A stretch of DNA of 64,000 nt from Malacoraja senta (Eukaryota). Where the stretch lies: NCBI GenBank assembly GCA_038087875.1, contig JAXLNO010000520.1:1-64000 (forward strand), written 5' to 3'. Shown here piece after piece: positions 1-12,782 of this stretch. The first letter of the stretch is position 1, and each line of letters begins with the position of its first letter. Below the pieces are notes generated by a model that worked only from the letters and a program-made list of their open reading frames with translations, was not told the DNA's origin and did no database searches. The translations under genes and the position numbers were made by a program.

Positions 1-95
1 TACCGGAATATGTAAAAATGTTCCCGTTAGCACGTAGTTTCTTCGAGTAGATGTGATCACACACAAATAAATACACACACACACACACACTTGCA

Positions 96-134
<39 letters not shown>

Positions 135-440
135 TTGCACGCACACACGCACACACACACACTTGCACGCACACACACACACACACACTTGCACGCACAC
201 ACACACACGCGCGCACACACACACACTTACACACACACGCACACACTTGCACGCACACACACGCGCACACACACACGCGCGCACGCACGCAGCCACATAC
301 ACACACAGCCACATACACACACAGCCACATGCACACACAGCCACATGCACATACAGCCACATGCACGCACACACACACACACACACACACACAGAGCCAC
401 ATGCACACATCCAAGATCAGAGTTTTAATAGTTATAAGAT
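1..440 (+). repeat. (CA)n-rich microsatellite (about 57-410), possibly the 3' part of a Helentron/DINE-1-like non-autonomous element
   Basis: Long CA/CACG tract is seen directly. It is followed by 'agttttaatagttataagat', which resembles the AT-rich ...ATAGAT ends of microsatellite-bearing HINE elements (family call is inference). Confidence 0.6.
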
Positions 441-484
441 GATGTGAACTGTTAAATAAAGACGATAAATAGCAAATGTAGAGC

Positions 485-618
485 TAGGGTTCGGATTAGG
501 ATTAGGATCAGTCAGTCGGTCGGTTGCTCAGTCGGCTATTCAGTCAGCTGTTCGGTCAGTCAGTCAGTAGGTCGGTCGGTCAGTCAGTCGGTCGGTCAGT
601 TGGTCAGACGGTCAGTCA

Positions 619-653
<35 letters not shown>

Positions 654-865
654 GATCAGTCTGTCGGTCGGGTTGTCGGTAGGCCGATGGATGCTGTGGA
701 GGATCGGTCGCCCTGTCGGGCTGGGCCGGGCCGCCGGTGGGTGCTGAGAGTGGTCGGTCGGGCCGGGCCGGGCCGCTGGTGGGTCCTGAGAGTAGTGGTC
801 GGTCGGGTCAGGCTGGGCCGACGGTGGGTGCTGAGAGTGGTCGGTCGGGCTGTCGGTAGGCCGGT
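485..865 (+). repeat. Degenerate TTAGG-like stretch, (GTCA/GTCG)n tetranucleotide array, and three copies of a ~40-45 bp GC-rich unit
   Basis: 'tagggttcggattaggattagga', repeated cagt/cggt units, and three copies of 'gggccg..ggtgggt(g/c)ctgagagt..ggtcggtcggg'. Confidence 0.85.
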
Positions 866-1136
866 GTTGCAGCGAGCGTATATGGTTTAATAGACCACAG
901 CACGGAATTAGGCTCCCCATGGTGTAATATGGGCATTGAACACTAGATGGCGCTCTTTTTCGATCTCATTTTCTAATTAGTTTTATTAATGAATGTGCCA
1001 CTTTTGGAACTGATGAGTTATGACTTCTTTCTAAATTATATTTTATCGAAATCTGTGCAAAATGTCATGTAGTTTCGAGACATGGGTAACGAAAGTTAAA
1101 TTCTAGACACATTTTCGGTGCTCGGCCCACAGCCTA

Positions 1137-1470
1137 CCTGCCTTCTCCCCAATACGCATTGATTCAGCTAGCCTCAAGAGCTCTATCTAACTTTCTTTTA
1201 AATGCATCCAGTGAATTGGCCTCCATTGCCTTGTGGCAGAATTCCACAAATTCACAACTCTCTGGGTGAAAAGGTTTTTTTCTCATCTCAGTTTTAAATG
1301 GCCTCCCCTTTATTCTTAGACTGTGCCCCCTGGTTCTGGACTCCCCCAACATTGGGAACATTTTTTCCTGCATCTAGCTTGTCCAGTCCTTTTATAATTG
1401 TATATGTTTGTATAAGATCCCCTCTCATTCTTCTAAATTCCAGTGAATACAAACCCAGTCTTTCCAATCT
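1137..1470 (-). mobile_element. CR1 LINE 3' fragment
   Basis: ORF 1164..1373 contains FPMLGESRTRGHSLRIKGRPFKTEMRK, which matches the C-terminus of the full-length ORF2 in this window. Confidence 0.9.
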
Positions 1471-1768
1471 TATTTGAAATCTTGCTATGAATTAAATCAC
1501 TGCTGCATTTTGTCTGGAAAACAGTCCGAGTAATACAAAATAGTTAATTGAAAATTGAAATGCTTTGATGTCTTTGAGAGATGCAAAAATAATCTAATTG
1601 ACTGTAATTCTGTTTAATTGGCCACGGTCCATATTTGACATGTCACCATCACTGACCTAGAGAAATTCACAGCAAAGAAAGTGACTACTTGGTGCACCAG
1701 TTCTTTGCAACGTCACTTCTCATTTAGCTTTGCTGATCAGCAGGGAGCCAGACCCACATTAGAGATTA

Positions 1769-2950
1769 GAAACATAGAAACATAGAAAAATAGGTGCTGG
1801 AGTAGGCCGTTCTTCCCTTTGAGCCAGCACCGCCATTCAATATGATCATGGCTGATCATTTAAAATCTGTACCCCGTTCCTGCATTTTCCCCATATCTCT
1901 TGATTCCTTTAGCCCAAAGAGCTAAAATGAACATCCAGTGAATTGGCCTCCACTGCCTTCTGTGGCAGAGAATTCCACAGATTCACAGCTCTCTGGGTGA
2001 AAATGTTTTTCCTCATCTCAGTCCTAATTGGCCTACCTCTAAAGGGCCTGTCCCACGAGCATGCGACAAGCGCCACCAAACCGGAAGTGGGGGCCGCGCG
2101 GAGGTCGAGTGATCCCCGTACAGGGCCGGTCCCACCAGCATGCGACTGCATGTGGCGAGCGCAACCAAATCGGAAGCGGGGGCCACGCGGAGGTCGAGTG
2201 AGTGACGTGAAGTTTGAGCGAAGTCCGCGGGAAGTTCGCGCATGACGTACGGCGTCGAGACGCTGCGCACGCCCGTGAAGGTGGTGTGTACGGCGTCGAG
2301 GCGGCTGCGGGCCGGTAGGCCGTTGCCGCGCGGAATTCTTGAACTGTCAGTTTTTCGGAGCCCCGCGCGATGTCGGGACCAGCTCCGCACAACTCCATAC
2401 GGCTCCGGCGATCGAAGTGGGACCGGCCCCGCGAGGCCGTACGGCTCAAGCGACCACGTTAGGTCGCGCTTGCCGCATGCTCGTGGGACAGACCCTTTAT
2501 TCATCATATGTCTATCCTGCCATCCCAGGAACTAACCTGGTGAACCTACGCTGCAGTCCCTCAATAGCAAATTAGGAGACCAATATTGTACACAATACTC
2601 CAGCTGCGGTCTCACCAGGCCCCTGTGCAACTGCAGTAGGACCTCCTTGCTCCTAAACTTAAATACTCTCAATATGAAGGCCAACATGCCATTAACTGCC
2701 TGCTGTACTTGCACGCTTACTTTCAGTGACTGAGCACACCCAGGTCTCATTGCACCTCCTCTTTTCCTAAATTAACACCATTCTTCCTTCCTGTTCTTGC
2801 CACCAAAGTGGATAACCTCACATTTATCCACATTATACTGCATCTGCCATGCATCTGCCCACTCATCCAACCTATCCAAGTCACCCTGCAGCCTCATAGC
2901 ATCCTCATCGCAGCTCACACTGCCACCCACCCAGCTTTGTATCATCCATT
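1769..2950 (-). mobile_element. CR1 LINE fragment with internal deletions, interrupted by a MITE
   Basis: (AGAAACAT)2 tail at the left end. Peptides TEMRKNIFTQRAVNLWNSLPQ and RLQGDLDRLDEWADAWQMQYNVDKCEVIHFG. Confidence 0.9.
2043..2496. mobile_element. CpG-rich MITE, PIF/Harbinger-like
   Basis: TIRs agggcctgtcccacgagcatgcg / cgcatgctcgtgggacagaccct. Flanks are TAA (2040-2042) and TTA (2497-2499). Interrupts CR1 sequence. Confidence 0.85.
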
Positions 2951-3119
2951 GGCCCTGGATGCAAGAGTATGAGTGGGTGACGTTAGGTTTCTTGCTGGTT
3001 ATTAACAATCTGGCCCATTTTATCAGCGCGTGAATAACTGTAGATATGTTTGTGTTAGTTGGGTGAGCTGACTATGTTAAAGTTTGTCAGTTTATTATCA
3101 TTAGTTTTTTAGTTTATTA

Positions 3120-3405
3120 TCGTTAGTTTAGTCTAGAGATGTAGTGCGGGAACAGGCCCACCGACTCTGCGCTGAGCAGCGATCCCCTTACACTATCCTA
3201 CACACTAGGGATAATTTACAATCCTTACTGAAGGCAACTAACCCACAAACCTGAGCGCCTTTGGAGTGTGGGAGGAATCCGGAGCACCCGGAGAAAGCCC
3301 ACGCGGTCACAGGGAGAACCTACAAACTCCGTACAGACAGCACCTGTAGTCAGGATCAAACCCGGGTCTCTGGCGCTGCGATTCTACCACTGCATCACCA
3401 TGCCG
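3120..3405 (-). mobile_element. tRNA-headed V-SINE (HE1-like)
   Basis: Reverse complement of the SINE at 25950-26256, with tail and A/B-box head. Confidence 0.85.
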
Positions 3406-3418
3406 CCCTTACATTTAA

Positions 3419-4018
3419 AGGTCTGTCTCACGAATCTGCGGTCATTGGCGGCGAAACGGGAAGAATCTGCCGCCATAGACCGCGCACTCGTGAGAAAGAA
3501 CAATTCCCGGGCCGTGCGACGGTGTTCCCAACACCGCGCGGTGCAAAAATAAAATCGACAATGTCGAAAACACTATACTCACCGCACAACCTCCACCAGT
3601 GATGCACGAGTGCACGGCCGCTCGCACGGGCCGCCGCCAGTGTGGGTCGAGCGCCGTGCGTCAAACCTCCTCTGCCACAGCCTCCGCCAGTGACGCACGT
3701 GCCGCCGCCAGTGAGGCACGTGTGCTGCGCGGCCGCAGTCACAGCCACCGCTACAGCGCCGCGATCAGGATGGCCGCCGCCACAGCCGCCGCTGGTGAGT
3801 CACGTGCGGGGGGCCGACGTCATCGCAGTCGGCCCGCCTTTTTTTTACTTACCGCAAGCACGTGGGACCCGCCGTGTTTGAATTAACTCGGCCCCCGCGC
3901 AACATCCGTGCGGCGCTCCGGTGGATAGGCTCGACGCTCTCGCCATTGCCGCGCGGTGCTCGCTACCGTCTACACCGCGCTTCACCGCCGATGACCGCAA
4001 ACAGGTAAGACACGGCCT
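3419..4018. mobile_element. CpG-rich MITE, Harbinger-like, second subfamily
   Basis: Imperfect ~37-bp TIRs: aggtctgtctcacgaatctgcggtcattggcggcgaa vs reverse complement aggccgtgtcttacctgtttgcggtcatcggcggtgaa. Flanks TAA / TTA. Confidence 0.75.
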
Positions 4019-4589
4019 TTACTGTTTAGGTTAGATTGTTTAAAAATTGAAATGAATTATTGGCATGTGTGAAATAATGAATTTGGAGCCCCCCCCCCCC
4101 CCCATTCTTCAGCAATAACCTACATTGATCAGTCAGTTGAATCAGTTGGATTTGCCATAATGTTTTATACCCCTTCTGAAAAAGCTGCCTGTTACAGTAA
4201 TATCCCACAAAACAGACACTGATATCAGTTCAATGAAAAGGACCACCTTGCTCATAATTTTCAGCTATTTCATGGCAGATATTTTGGGGTTAGGACATGG
4301 CTCAGTTTCAATTCTAACCAGTTTAGTGTACCTGGTATGCCTGTTTTGGACTGCCATCTTAAGAATATTGTGACTTTAAGATGAAACTGTGGAACACAAA
4401 CTCTTTATTCAGACCCCTAAAGTATTATAATAGACGACGGTCAGTAATGTAAAAAATGCACCTTTGTTCGGTAACAACTCGGGCTTTTCGTTCGCAGAAG
4501 CCTGAGCACCTGCAACTGGTTGGTAATGCCTGATGTTTCATGTCACCCAATGTTTTAAATCTCAATCATGGCTGCAATGATCAGTTGTT

Positions 4590-5530
4590 TCCAAAGGACC
4601 AATTATATATAAATGACCTGGAAATGTGGATGGGTTGTTGAGTAAGGTTGCTGATGATACCAAAATTGGAGGCGTTGCAGGCAGTGGGGAATGCTGTCAG
4701 ATGATATAGCAGGGTATAGATCAGTTGTAGAAATTGGTGGAGAAAGACAGATGGGATTTTAACCCGAGCAAGTATGAGGTTTTTGCACTTTCAACGATGA
4801 ATCTAAGGGGAAAGCCTTGACAGCATATAGGTGCAGAGGGATCTTGGAGTCCAAGTTCATAGCTCACTGAAGGTGGCAGCAAACGTAGATAGAGTTGTAA
4901 AGAAGAAGTATGATTATCATTGCTGGAGACATTGAATAAAACAGTCTGGAAGTCATGATACAGCTCTATAGGAATTTGGCTAGCCTGGATCTTTTTTAGT
5001 ATTGCATGCAGATATGGTCTTCCCATTATAGGAACGATGTGGAGGCTTTGGAGAGGGTGCAGAAGAGGTTTACAAGAATGCAGCCTGGATTAAAGCTTCA
5101 GGGAGAGGTTGGACAGACTTGGATTGTTTTCTCTGGAACGTCGGAGGTAGAGGGGAGACTTGATCGAAGTACGCAAAACTATGAGAGGCATAGATAGGGT
5201 AGACAGTCAAAGCCTTTTTACCTGGATGGAATGTCCAACACTAGAGGGCGTAGCTATAAGGTGAGAGGGGAAAGTTTAATGGAGATGTGCGAGGCAATTT
5301 ATTTGCACAGAGAGTGGGGGGGCGGGAGGCGGAGGGGGGGGGGGGCCTGGAACACCTTGCCAAGCAAGGGTGGTGATGGAGGCAGATGCGATAATGGCAT
5401 TTAGGAGGCTGTTGGATAGACATGTGGAAGTGCATTGAATTAGAGGGATATGGATCATGTATAGGCAGATCAGATCAGTTTCACTTGGTATCATGTTTGG
5501 CACGATACCAAGTACTCCACTGCTCTGTAC
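4590..5530 (+). mobile_element. Old degraded CR1 LINE 3' half
   Basis: 'gctgatgataccaaaattgg' (ADDTKIG) and the ORF WSSHYRNDVEALERVQKRFTRMQPGL. Confidence 0.85.
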
Positions 5531-5654
5531 TATATGTTCCTTTCCTTTCATACACTGGTGGTCATTTTCATGATATTTTACAAAAAACAATTGGATTTAT
5601 CGGCATTATTCAGAAATTCTGCAATGGGCAGCGTGCCTGCGTTTGTCATTATAG

Positions 5655-6003
5655 TCATAAAGTCATAGGCTTACAGTGGAAACAGGCCCTTCAGCCCAAT
5701 TTACCTACACAGGCCAGCATGTCCCATCTACACTAGTCCCACCTGCCTGCATTTGACCCATATTCCTCCAAACCTGTCCTATCCATGTACCTGTCTAACT
5801 GTTTCTTAAACAATTGCAATAGTCCCTGCCTCAAGTACCTCCTCTGGCAGCTCATTCCATACACCCACCACCCTTTGTGTGAAAAGGTTACTCCTCAGAT
5901 TACTATTAACGCTTTCCCCCTTCACCTTAAACCTATGTCCTCTGGTCTTCCATTCCCTACCCTGGGTAAGAGACCGTGCATCGACCACATCTATTCCTCT
6001 CAT
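5655..6003 (-). mobile_element. CR1 3' fragment
   Basis: ORF 5806..6003 KTRGHRFKVKGE...FTQRVVGVWNELPEEV. Confidence 0.85.
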
Positions 6004-6009
6004 GGGCCA

Positions 6010-6305
6010 TAACTAGGGATCACAGTTTAAGAATAAGGGGTAGGCCATTTAAGACTGAGATGAGGAAAAACATTTTCACCCAGAGAGTTGTGAATCTGTG
6101 TAATTCTCCGTCACAGAAGGTAGAGGAGGACAATTCACTGGATGTATTCAAGAGAGAGTTTGATATAGCTCTTAGGGCTAACGGAATCAAGGGATATGGG
6201 GAGAAAGCAGGAAAGGGTTACTGATCATGTTGAATGGTGGTGCTTGGCTTGAAGGGCCGAATGACCAACCTCTCCACTTATTTTCCATCTTTCTATCTTT
6301 CTATG
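6010..6305 (+). mobile_element. CR1 3' fragment
   Basis: TRDHSLRIRGRPFKTEMRKNIFTQRVVNL...GYGEKAGKGY* followed by a tttctat tail. Confidence 0.88.
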
Positions 6306-7352
6306 ATTATCTGTGTGTTATTGCATTAACAACCTGCTGGGCTTCAGCAAATAAGAATTTCATTGTTCTGTTGCCAGTACACATGACAATTAAACACTCG
6401 TAGGTCTTGAAAAGGCAGATCTATCGGTTGTTTATAAATGTTTGCAATAAATCAAATGACAATTGCAGCTTGTCGAGCCCCTTTTTAAGCAGGCTAAACA
6501 AATAGAGTGAAAGCAAACTTCCAATGTGGAATAAGCATGTACATACTAGCTGCTGTGTTGAACTCCTGGGAGGCTTATTGCCCCATAGTTCAAATTTGAG
6601 ATGAAACTGCTCGAACGTTGATGACAGACAATGGTGTGGATTACAAGCCAGTTCTTGACATAGATGTCAACTATGCACAGTTGCTACTTAAAGTAACTTC
6701 CGCCACAAAAGTATGGCTTCAAGAATGCTGTTGATGCACGGACTGAAATGAGGATAACCTCCAATGATTATACCTTATTGAAATGTCTTTAAAGTTGCAG
6801 CCTTGCAAAATGATTTTTATCTTGACACTTTATTACTGCACAGAGCAGGAAGGTAAACACACGACTGGAATCAGCAAGGACTCTCAAACCAATTTCATTT
6901 CTGTTGCTGTGCAGGAGTGAATCATAAAATGGAACTCTCCCACCACACGCGAGAGACTGTTATTTTCTCGTATCTATTTCAAGACAGAATATTCTTCTTG
7001 TCACAGCAGTGCTTTTCAATGTCTCTGGCTGTGCACTGATTCAGCTTGAATTCAATCAGAGTGAATAGTACATAACACAGAGGTTGTCATTTTAAATTTG
7101 TTCACTCTACTCTCCCATCACATCTCTGCAAAGCATCGACCAGCAGTTGATGTGTGAAATGTAAACCTTAAAGTAGATCTATTCTGATAACTTATTAAAG
7201 ATTAAACCTATGTTTGTGAAGTTTTGGGGACAAGAAAGGACTCACAAAGTTAGACATTACTGTGAAGGGGAACGCGTTCTTCAACGAGTCTCTTGAATTG
7301 TATGTCAAGGTCATGAAATACAATACAACGGCTCAGTAATCATTTCCCCTCT

Positions 7353-7632
7353 TAGTTTAGTTTAGTTTAGTTTTGAGATACAATGCGGAAACAGGCCCTT
7401 CGGCCCACCGAGTCCGCACCGACCAGCGATCCCCGCTCATTAACACTATCCTACTCAGGGACAATTTACACATACACCAAGCCAATTGGAGTGTGGGACA
7501 AAACCGAAGTGTCTGGAGTGTGGAAGGAAACCGAAGACCTTGGAGAAAATCCACGCGGTCACGGAGAGAACGTTAAACTACGTACAGACAGCACCCATAG
7601 TCGAGATTGAACCCGGGTCTCTGGCAGTGCAA
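7353..7632 (-). mobile_element. V-SINE (HE1-like) split by a CR1 insertion; the head remainder lies at about 8380-8403
   Basis: (TTTAG)n tail and SINE body. The sequence resumes as 'aactgtactgctgcaccaccgtgg' after the CR1 tail. Confidence 0.8.
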
Positions 7633-8380
7633 GTGGCCGATTAGGAAAAGGGGAGATGCAACGAGATCTGGGTGTCATGGTACACCAGTCATTGAAAGTA
7701 GGCATGCAGGTGCAGCAGGCAGTGAAGAAAGCGAATGGTATGTTAGCATTCATAGCAAATGGATTTGAGTATAGGAGCAGGAAGGTTCTACTGCAGTTGT
7801 ACAGGGTCTTGGTGAGGCCACACCTGGAGTATTGCGTACAGTTTTGGTCACCAAATCTGAGGAAAGACATTCTTGCCATAGAGGGAGTACAGAGAAGGTT
7901 CACCAGACTGATTCCTGGGATGGCAGGACTTTCATATGAGGAAAGACTGGATAGACTCGGCTTGTACTCGCTAGAATTTAGAAGATTGAGGGGGGATCTT
8001 ATAGAAACTTACAAGATTCTTAAGGGGTTGGACAGGCTAGATGCAGGAAGATTGTTCCCGATGTTGGGGAAGTCCAGAACAAGGGGTCACAGTTTAAGGA
8101 TAAGGGGGAAGTCTTTTAGGACCGAGATGAAAAAATCATTTTTCACACAGAGAGTGGTGAATCTGTGGAATTCTCTGCCACAGAAGGTAGTTGAGGCCAG
8201 TTCATTGGCTATATTTAAGAGGGAGTTAGATGTGGCCCTTGTGGCTAAAGGGATCAGGGGGTATGGAGAGAAGGCAGGTACAGGCTACTGAGTTGGATGA
8301 TCAGCCATGATCATATTGAATGGCGGTGCAGGCTCGAAGGGCCGAATGGCCTACTCCTGCACCTATTTTCTATGTTTCTA
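7633..8380 (+). mobile_element. Young 5'-truncated CR1 LINE
   Basis: Uninterrupted 211-aa ORF 7656..8291, nearly identical to the ORF2 C-terminus at 22540-23175. tttctatg tail. Confidence 0.95.
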
Positions 8381-8499
8381 ACTGTACTGCTGCACCACCG
8401 TGGCTGCCCTCTGTCATTACAATTCAATAATCTTGTTGAAAATGTATCTTCCCTTGCTTTTGGGTAGCAGATTTTTTGCTTTATCGAAATGCTGTTACT

Positions 8500-10150
8500 C
8501 AAGAGTGTTTGCAAAAGAAAAGTGACATAGTGCACCTTAATGACTACTGTCCAATGGATCTTACATCCACCATTTTGAAAGGATTGGAGAGACTGGTCAT
8601 GGCACACGTTAACTACACCCTCCCAGCCAGCCGTGATCCACCCCCACAGTGTTTTCACTGTTGCAAAGTCCAAAGCAGACACCATCAACCTGGCCTAAAA
8701 CACATCTTTGGTACACCTAGATATACCCCTACGCTAAACTCCTATTTATTGACTATAGCTTCACCTTCAACACCATAATCCCATCCAAACGTTGCTGCAA
8801 AGTCCTGGACCTGGGAATCAGCACCCAGCTCTGCCACAGGATCCTTGATGTTTTGATCCACAGATCACAATCAATGAGGATGGGTGACAACGCCTCTTCT
8901 CCAATAATTATTAATACTGGCGCACCCACAAGGATGCATTCTCAGTCCTCCACTACACTCAAGATTCAAGATTCAAGAGAGTTTATTGTCATGTGTCCCA
9001 GATAGGACAATGACATTCTTGCTTTGCTTCAACACAACAGAATATAGTAGGCATAAATAAATACAGAACAGATCAGTGTGACCATATACCATATACACAC
9101 ATAAATAAACAGATAAAGATAAAGTGCAATGGGCTATTAATGTTCAGAGTTTTGTTTGAGTTGAGTTTAATAGCCTGATGGCTGTGGGGAAGTAGCTATT
9201 CCTCAACCTGGATGTTGCAGATTTCAGGCTCCTGTACCTTCTACCTGAAGGCAGCGGGAGATGAGTGAGTGGCCAGGATGGTGTGGATCCTTGATGATGC
9301 TGGCAGCCTTTTTGAGGCAGCGACTACAATAGATCCCCTCGATGGGAGGGAGGTCAGAGCCGATGATGGACTGGGCAGTGTTTACAACATTTTGCAGTCT
9401 TTTCCGCTCCTGGGCGCTCAAGTTGCCGAACCAAACCACGATGCAACCGGTCAGTATGCTCTCTACTGTGCACCTGTAGAAGTTCGAGAGAGTTCTCCTT
9501 GACAAACGGACTCTCCGTAATCTTCTCAGGAACTAGTGGCGCTGATGAGCTTTCTTTATAATGGCATCAGTGTTCTCGGACCAGGAGAGATCTTCAGAGA
9601 TGTGCACGCCCAGGAATTTGAAGCTCTTGACCCTCTCCACCATCGACCCGTCCCCATCCTACCCCTTCCAAAGTCCATGATCAGTTCCTTGGTTTTACTG
9701 GTGTTGAGAACCAGGTTATTGTGCTGGCACCACTCCCTATACATTCATAACTGTATGGCCCTAACTCCAGCTATATGTGTGACGATTATAACCATATAAC
9801 CATATAACCATATAACCACTGTGATGGGGCGAATCACAAACAATGACAAGATGAGGTACAGTAAGGAAACAGGAAGGAAACAGAGAGCTTAATAACATGT
9901 TTTCAGGACAATAACTTTAAAATGAAGGAGCCAGTTGGTAACTTGAGGGAGCATGGTGGAGTTCATGTGCCAATCGGCATAATTGGTGCTGAAGTGGAAA
10001 TGGTTAAGAGCTTCCAAGTTCCTTGGTGTTAACTCTACCAATGATCTGTCGTGGACCAACCACATTGGGACGACAGTCAAGAATTCACACTGACATCTCT
10101 ACTTCCTGAGAAAACTGAGGAATTACGGCTTGTCTCCAATGACTCTTTCC
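8500..10150 (+). mobile_element. Degraded Rex1/Babar-like LINE (RT region), interrupted by a minus-strand copy
   Basis: LNDYCPMDLTSTILKGLERLVM resembles [21 protein letters not shown] of the element at 60571-61251. Confidence 0.7.
8960..9730 (-). mobile_element. Rex1/Babar-like LINE 3' fragment
   Basis: ORFs NFYRCTVESILTGCIVVWFGN and WCQHNNLVLNTSKTKELIMDF. Tail on the minus strand is tgacaataaactctc(ttgaatc)n. Confidence 0.85.
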
Positions 10151-11544
10151 ATGATGTTTATGTTCCTCATAAGCCTCCTTCTATCTAACTTCATTCTATT
10201 TCATCTGACCCTGTCTTGTCATCTTCCAATCTTTTCTTCATTTCCTGTGTCTCTCTCTCTGGCTAACTTTGCTCTCTTTAAAATATCAATGTTGTTCACC
10301 TTAACTTATCCTTGTGGATCTCAACACACTGTCCACCAATTTTCTGAATAAAGGAGCTTTCCTCATAAGTGGAATACCCAGTAATTCATCTCTGGATTGA
10401 AAGATACAGCATGGAAACATGCGCCTCGACCCACTAAGTCCACGCCAACCATCGATCACCAGTTCACACTAGTTCCATTTTATTCCAGTTTCTCATGCAT
10501 ACCCTACACATTAGGGGCAATGCACATACATACACATCTATGGAATATTGGAGAAAACTGGAGCACCTGGGGAAAACCTAAACGGTTGATTATGCTAAAA
10601 ATGTAGCACAGTCAAACTTTATCTATGGGATGAATTTCGGAGGAACAGCATTGTGCAGTGATATATCCCGTGTTCTATGTTCAGTGCAACTCAGGGATGA
10701 ATTTCTAGGCATTTTCTCTTTTCATGAGATAGTGTGTATTAGAACTAACTGCATCCACAGTTCAATAAATTGCCATGCTTCAAAAGCAATGTAAAATAAG
10801 CTATCTCCCAATCAGGTTAAACAATGTTTCACAATCACTTTAACAACTTTTGCAATGGAAAACAGCTGATCCTGGATTTGATTGGAGGCTTTTGAGATTG
10901 ATTTTGCCCATTTTAGAAACACAGAAAATAGGTGCAGGGGGAGGAGGCAATTCAGCCCTTTGAGCCAACACCGACCTTCAATATGATCATGGCTGATCAT
11001 CCAAAATCAGTGCCCAGTTCCTGCTTTTCCCCATATCCCTTGATTCCCTTGATTTTAGCCAGTCTGGGAATATAAGGAGGGACAGATAGATCTACCATGG
11101 CCACTAGGAAGAAGGGGCAGAGGCACTGAGGAGATTAGCTGAACAATTGTCCTCATCCATTCAAGGTTTTTTTCCCCTCATATTAAGTACTTTCACTCAG
11201 CACTCAGTAAGATAAATGGGGTTTATTTCTATTTCTGCTGCTCAGAGTGTTAATAACACTTGTCAAAGAAGGGAGTCCTTTCTTACAGAAACATTATTGT
11301 AAGGAACTATCTGGGCCATTTTTTCTAAATGGGTCAGGCACAGCTTGTAGCCATCATGTGCAGTTGTGGAAAGTGCTTTACTAAACAATCTGTATCCCCT
11401 GAAGTGCAACATATACTTTAAGCTCTTTTTAACATTCAATAGAAATTTCAAGCTAGGGGAAGTAGCTGTGCTCATTTCTGACATTTGCTCAGCTTCTGTA
11501 AGCTATTTTGCAGTTTTCCCACCTCCAAAGGTTCCATTATGTTA

Positions 11545-12190
11545 TGCGAATGGTATGTTAGCATTCATAGCAAAGGGATTTGAGTATAGGAGCAGGGAGG
11601 TTCTACTGCAGTTGTACAGGGTCTTGGTGAGACCACACCTGGAGTATTGCGTACAGTTTTGGTCCCCTAATCTGAGGAAGGACATTCTTGCCATAGAGGG
11701 AGTACAGAGATGGTTCACCAGACTGATTCCTGGGTTGTCGGGACTTTCATATGAAGAAAGACTGGATAGACTCGGCTTGTACTCGCTAGAATTTAGAAGA
11801 TTGAGGGGGGATCTTATAGAAACTTACAAGATTCTTAAGGGGTTGGACAGGCTAGATGCAGGAAGATTGTTCCCGATGTTGGGGAAGTCCAGAACTAGGG
11901 GTCACAGTTTAAGGATAAAGGGGAAATCTTTTAGGACTGAGATGAGAAAAAAAAAATGTACACAGAGAGTGGTGAATCTCTGGAATTCTCTGCCACAGAA
12001 TGTAGTTGAGGCCAGTTCATTGGCTATATTTAAGAGGGAGTTAGATGTGGCCCTTGTGACTAAGGGGATCAGGGGGTATGGAGAGAAGGCAGGTACAGGA
12101 TATTGAGTTGGATGATCAGCCATGATCATATTGAATGGCGGTGCAGGCTCGAAGGGCCAAATGGCCTACTCCTGCACCTATTTTTAATGT
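11545..12190 (+). mobile_element. Young 5'-truncated CR1 LINE
   Basis: ANGMLAFIAKGFEYRSREVLLQLY...GYGEKAGTGY* matches the ORF2 C-terminus. Confidence 0.95.
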
Positions 12191-12389
12191 ATTATACATG
12201 TTACTGCCAAGGTTTAAGCCACACTTTACCCCACAGTCTTAAAGATGGAAAAAAAAGTAACTCTTGCCACAGCTGCTTGGACTCTATCCTTAGTCAATCC
12301 TCCATTCTTAGTCAATCCTCACAATTTCATCTTTTCTCTCTCACCATTCAATCCCTTACCTAATGCCTCTCCTCATACTGGAGAGCTTA

Positions 12390-12782
12390 TTTAGTTTAGT
12401 TTAATTTAGTTGAGAGATACAGCATGGAAACAGTCCCTTCGGCCCACCGCATATGAACCGACCAGCAGTCACCTATACACTAAGTCAATCCTACACTCAA
12501 GGGACAATTTACAGAAGCCAGTTATCCTACAGACCTGAAAATAGTCACAAAACATGCTGCAGTAACTCAGCACGTCAGGCAGCACCTCTGGAGAAAAGGA
12601 ATAGGTGACGTTTTAAGTCAAGACCCAAACCTGTACGTCTTTGGAATGTGGGATGAAAGTGGAGCACCTGGAGAAAACCCATGGAGAATGTACAAACTCT
12701 GTTCAGAAGCACCCATAGTCAGGATCGAACCCGGGTCTCTGGCGCAGTTAGGCAGCATCTCTATCGCTGCTCCACTGTGCTG
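12390..12782 (-). mobile_element. V-SINE interrupted by one arm of a Penelope-derived element (about 12540-12627)
   Basis: SINE tail, body and head flank 'gctgcagtaactcagcacgtcaggcagcacctctggagaaaaggaataggtgacgttt'. Confidence 0.75.

Noticed and set aside
57..447. His/Thr- and Cys/Val-rich ORFs
   Set aside because: Translations of the (CA)n microsatellite.
5257..5272. Second CTCF-like motif (aacactagagggcg)
   Set aside because: It is the CR1 'TRGH' coding segment found in many copies.
5655..6305. Twin-priming inversion of one CR1
   Set aside because: The two head-to-head fragments have different subfamily tails and cover the same ORF2 region, so they are separate insertions.
11366..11545. 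Novel N-terminal extension on a CR1 ORF (246-aa chimera)
   Set aside because: Non-ATG start and chance read-through from flanking DNA into a truncated CR1.
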